A stretch of 46,319 bases of DNA, from assembly GCF_018977255.1 (NCBI RefSeq), contig NW_024705418.1, positions 1 to 46,319 on the forward strand. The letters run 5' to 3'. The stretch's first letter is position 1; each line of letters begins with the position of its first letter. The notes under the pieces were generated by a model. It did not search any database. It was not told where the DNA came from and worked only from the letters and a program-made list of their open reading frames with translations. Source of the stretch: Callorhinchus milii (lineage: Eukaryota). Positions 41,607-46,319 of this stretch are shown here, piece by piece. The translations under genes were made by a program, and so were the position numbers.

Positions 41607-44036
41607 GTCAGTGGGAATGAATCAGAAAGAGAGAGAGTGTGTGAACGTGGACGTTAAAATATGTGTGAACTTGTGTGTGTGAGTGTGAGAGTTTGGAAAT
41701 GTCTGTGAGAGTCTGTCAGAGAGTATGAGTGTGTGAGTTATTTTGTGAGTGTGAGAGTGTAAGAGTGTGTGAGTGTGCGTGTGATTAATACACCACCTTG
41801 CAGCACACTAGTACCCCACATACTCCATTAGTAACCCACACAACCAACTAATACGCTAAACCCCATTGATAAGCCACAGTTCATTAGTACTCACATACCG
41901 CATTAATACCCATCACACCGCATTAATATCCCCGCCTCTGTAATGCCACACACACCTTTAACACATAACACGGCATCAATACCCCTCACGACATTAATAC
42001 CGCACATCCCATTAATACCTCATACACCTCAATGGTACAGTGCACACCCAAATAATACATCACCAACTCCAAATTAATCCTCTAGTACACACATTTCATT
42101 AATACCACACAAGCCATTGACACCACTTACCCCATTAATACAACACCACATTGATACATCATGCTCACCATTAATATCCCAAATATCCCATCAATACAAC
42201 ACACATTAATATCAAAATGCCCATTAATACCCCATGGCTCATTAACAATCCACGTCCCAGTATTACCAACAACAACACCCACCCCTTACATTGATATTGC
42301 GCCTTTCACGATGTGAGGACGTCCAGAGTCACTGGACACATCCCAACTGCACCCGACACCCCATTCTTATTCCAATACATCATTCATACCCCAGACACCA
42401 TTAATAGTGCACGCCCCATTAATAACCGACACCCAATTAGAACCCAACACACGCAATTAATTGCCACACCACAATAATAATAACCCAGTGCCCATTAACA
42501 CCCGACACACTCATTGATACCCAACTAACTTCAATAATACTGCACACTCCTTTAGTACCAAAAATCCCATTAATATAACACAACCTATTAATGCCACACA
42601 CTCTATTAATAATACAAACCCATTTATACCTCACAGTTATTAACACCACACACTCCACTAATGCCACACAAGAATAGTAGCCCACAACCCATTTATATCA
42701 CATTAATACCCCATATACCCCACCAAAACCCCACACACATCTTTAATACCGACATCCCGTTAATTGCCGCACACTACATCAGTACCGAATACCGATTAAT
42801 AGCACACACCTCACTGTTATCCCACACACCAGTAACACCGCTACACACCATTAACACCCCACACACCATTGATAACTAATACACCCCATTAATAACCCAA
42901 AACGTCCATCAATACCGAACACTCCATTAATGCCCCACACAACACAATAATACCTCACACACCACTAATACCACACAATTCATTCATATCAAACAGATAA
43001 ATATTCCATGAAATATTGATACCTCACAACACGTTATTACCACAGATCCCATTAGTAACCTACGCCCCATTATTAAAACACACAACCCTTTAGCACATTA
43101 TACTCTTCACTGGTATCCTAAACACACAAACAGTATTCCACACAACGAATTATTGCCACAGAAACCCCATTACTAACGCACACGGCTTCAGCACTCCCAC
43201 ACTCCATTAATAGCACACATAACCTTATTACCACAAAGAACATTAATAACCCATACACTATTGATACCACACACAAAACTAATACCCAAATATCCCAATG
43301 GTGCCTCACAGACCACACTAAAACCCCACATAATCCATAAAATCCCAAAGAGACCATTAACAGCATACACCACATTATTTGCACATACAACATTACCACC
43401 ACACACCAATGAATAAAATACACCTCATTGATATGGCACACCGCAAAACATTATCACGCATCCCATGAATACCCCACAAACACTATGAATACCAAACGCA
43501 CCACATTAATACTCCACAAATCATTAATAATCCACACTCCATAAATAAACACACATCAGTTTACAGCACACTCCATTGATATTCAACAGCCCATTAATAC
43601 ACCACAACCCATTAGTAAACTACACCAAGTAGTACGTCACACCCCTCAATACCACACAATCCTCTAGTACCCCTAATCACATTAATACCCACACCAAACT
43701 AAACCCCCATCAATTCCATTAATGCCCCACACGCCCAATTCATACCACAAATACGTTTGGCTTTTGGATTTTGATTTGGCGTGGCTACAAGTTGGGATGC
43801 AGAAGCATGTGTGCTTTGTTTGGCAGGTGCTTTAGTTCTAAATAATAAATAAATAAATTCTGAATAAATAAATTTATAAACTGGAATTATAAGGTAGGAG
43901 CATAGTAACGATGGTTGTACTTCACTTCATTTCCAAGCCAGGAAGTAAAGTCAAGGCAGGCACCGTTAACATGTGCCTCCTTACAACACGGTTGCTTGAT
44001 GTCTCTTCGTATTTACGGATGTGGACAACATGCGTC

Positions 44037-44290
44037 AGGGTGAAACCGTGAGCAAGTTTACTTACTCCACACGTCTAATAATACTCCCTCCAAAACAAAA
44101 CAACAATAAATTGGTCGTTTTCATTACACGACTGTTTGTGGGACACTGCTGTTCGCAATTGGCTACCGCGTATTACCCACAAATAAATGATCAATTCACT
44201 GTACAGCATAATATGTGAAGCGCTTTGAGACGTCTAGAAGATTTTAAAAGCGCTATACCAAATTCAAGGATTATTTTTATTATTATTGTT
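44037..44290 (+). mobile_element. SINE lacking the tRNA head (same family as 13888-14215)
   Basis: gaaaccgtgagcaagtttacttactccacacgtctaataat...tgtgggacactgctg...gaagcgctttgagacg...aaagcgctataccaaattcaagg, then (ATT)n. Confidence 0.88.
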
Positions 44291-44514
44291 ACATACCTCA
44301 TTAATACCACACGCACAATTAATACCACATAATCCATTAATACCATAAACTTTGTCAATGCCAGACACCAAATTCATACCCCACACTCCATTAGTACCGC
44401 ACCATCCATTAAATCCCTATAGCCCATTAATAACCCAAACTACATTTATACCCCATACATCCCATTAGTACCCCCACACAACATTAATAACCCAAACAAC
44501 CCATTAATTACTCT

Positions 44515-44742
44515 ACTCGCCTGATAATTATCAATCAAGAAAGGAAAAACTTATAATAAATTGGTCACTTCAATCCATGACTCTTTGTGGGACACCGCTG
44601 CTCATAATTGGCTGCCGCAGTTCGACACAAATATACAGTCAACTCACCTTACCGTCTATTCTGAGAAGCGCTTTGAGACGTCCAGTGGACATGAAAAGCG
44701 CTATTTCAAAGGCAAGTATTAGTGTTACTATTAATAATAATA
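44515..44742 (+). mobile_element. SINE 3' two-thirds (same family)
   Basis: aataaattggtcacttcaatccatgactctttgtgggacac...gaagcgctttgagacgtcc...gaaaagcgctatttcaaaggcaag. Confidence 0.85.
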
Positions 44743-46319
44743 TCCTAAACACTCCATTAAGAAAACACACCCCATTAAACGCATATTAATACCACACACC
44801 CCGGTGATACCCCACAAATTCCCCTAATACCATACACACCTCAGTAATAGACTACATCCCATAAATAACGCACACACCATTAATGCCCCACATCACGTTT
44901 ATACCGCAAACGCGATTAATGCCCCATACAACCCACGAATACCCTACACAACCCATTAATATCCCACAAGACATTAATATCCCAAACACCGCATTAATAC
45001 CACAAAGCGCATTAATACCCTATACCGCTTTAACAGGCACCACATTAATTCCCTATATCCCATTAGTCCTCCAGGCATAATTAGTAACCCACACCCCATT
45101 ATTACTCCACAACGAATTGATACCACACAAAACGGATTGCTACAACATACACACCGTGAATACCCCCCACACCCCAGCAATAACCCACACATCCCATAAA
45201 TATCACACGCAGCATTAACACCGTACAGCAGATAAATAATCCATACACTATTGACACCACACACTATATTTATACCCATACACACCAAAAGTACACACAG
45301 ATGCAATTAATACCCCACATTCGCCAATAAAATCCCAAACACCACATTAATGCAACACACCCTATTATTAACACACACAAAATTACAACCAAACAGCCAA
45401 TTGATAACACACACCCCATTGATAGCACACATCGCATTCATACAACAAACCGCATTAACACTATATAACAGATAAATAACCCATAATATTAATACCATAC
45501 ACCACATTGAAACACATACACTCCATTACTACACACAGATCCCATTAATAACCCACAAAAAGTATTGAAATTCGAAGCATCATATTAATACCACACACCC
45601 CATTAGTAGCACATGCAAAAATTACTAACACTCACCCCATTGATACCGCAGACTCTGTTAACATCACGTAACCATTAGTACCACAGAGCCCATTATTAAA
45701 ACTCCACTGACCTCCATACGACACTAATACGCCAATTCTCATGATACCCCACAAACCATTAAAACACCACGCCACATTAATACTCACAACCCGTTAGTAC
45801 CACACACCCATTCAACATACCCCTTCATCACCTAACCCTAACCACATTAATAGCCCAAACTCCATTGATATCCGACACCAAATTAATGTCCCACACTTCA
45901 CTAATATCCCACAGCCCATTATTAAAATTCTATTAAATTGAATACCCCACTAACACGCCACTTCTCATTAATACCCCACACCCAATTCATACTCCATATA
46001 CCATTGAAACTCCATGAACTCTGTTAGTTCCCCCCACACCCCAGTAATGGCCCACACACCAGGATAATACCTCATTAGCACCTTACAGCCCATTAATACA
46101 ACATTCGACATTAATACCACAAATTCCATTAATACCCCACAGGCCATTAATACACCACATCCAATAATGTAAAACACACTCCATTAATATTATACAACCA
46201 AATACCACACAACTCATTATTGCTGAACACCCCATTGATTCCACTCGCCAATAATATTCCATTGATACCTCACATCCCATTGATACCTACACCGCACTGA
46301 AAAAATATACCCTATTAAT

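Larger units (their letters stand above)
41785..46319. repeat. Degenerate A/C-rich satellite, core CCCATTAATACCCCACAC, running to the window end
   Basis: ccattaata(c/a)c recurs roughly every 20 nt, with a strong G deficit on the plus strand. Interrupted by SINE fragments and an unrelated block at ~43750-44035. Confidence 0.9.

Overview
Eukaryotic, repeat-rich vertebrate DNA. The mix of GPR139-like receptor paralogues, tRNA-headed SINEs with L2 tails, Deu-domain SINE fragments and L2/CR1/Penelope relics points to a cartilaginous fish, possibly a chimaera (inference, not a database result). (1) The most notable feature is a minus-strand 10-exon gene (34506->20301) that the ORF track shows only as fragments. 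Spliced by hand, all GT-AG junctions are phase-compatible and give a 425-aa type I membrane protein: signal peptide, two 6-Cys SRCR domains, one internally shortened SRCR domain, a TM helix and a tail with three ITIM/ITIM-like motifs (VTYAAV, IIYANL, PIYATV). It looks like an SRCR-based inhibitory immune receptor. (2) There is a convergent pair of two-exon GPR139/GPR142-like GPCR genes, one intact (321 aa) and one disabled. (3) A Penelope-like relic carries a GIY-YIG remnant, inverted termini and a minimal hammerhead ribozyme. (4) Two CpG-rich promoter-like modules are present, one built from tandem CCAAT/GC-box units and ending in a candidate first exon. (5) The remainder is a degenerate tRNA-Asn copy, SINE/LINE fragments and long strand-asymmetric micro/minisatellites. 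All gene models are manual predictions with no transcript evidence.
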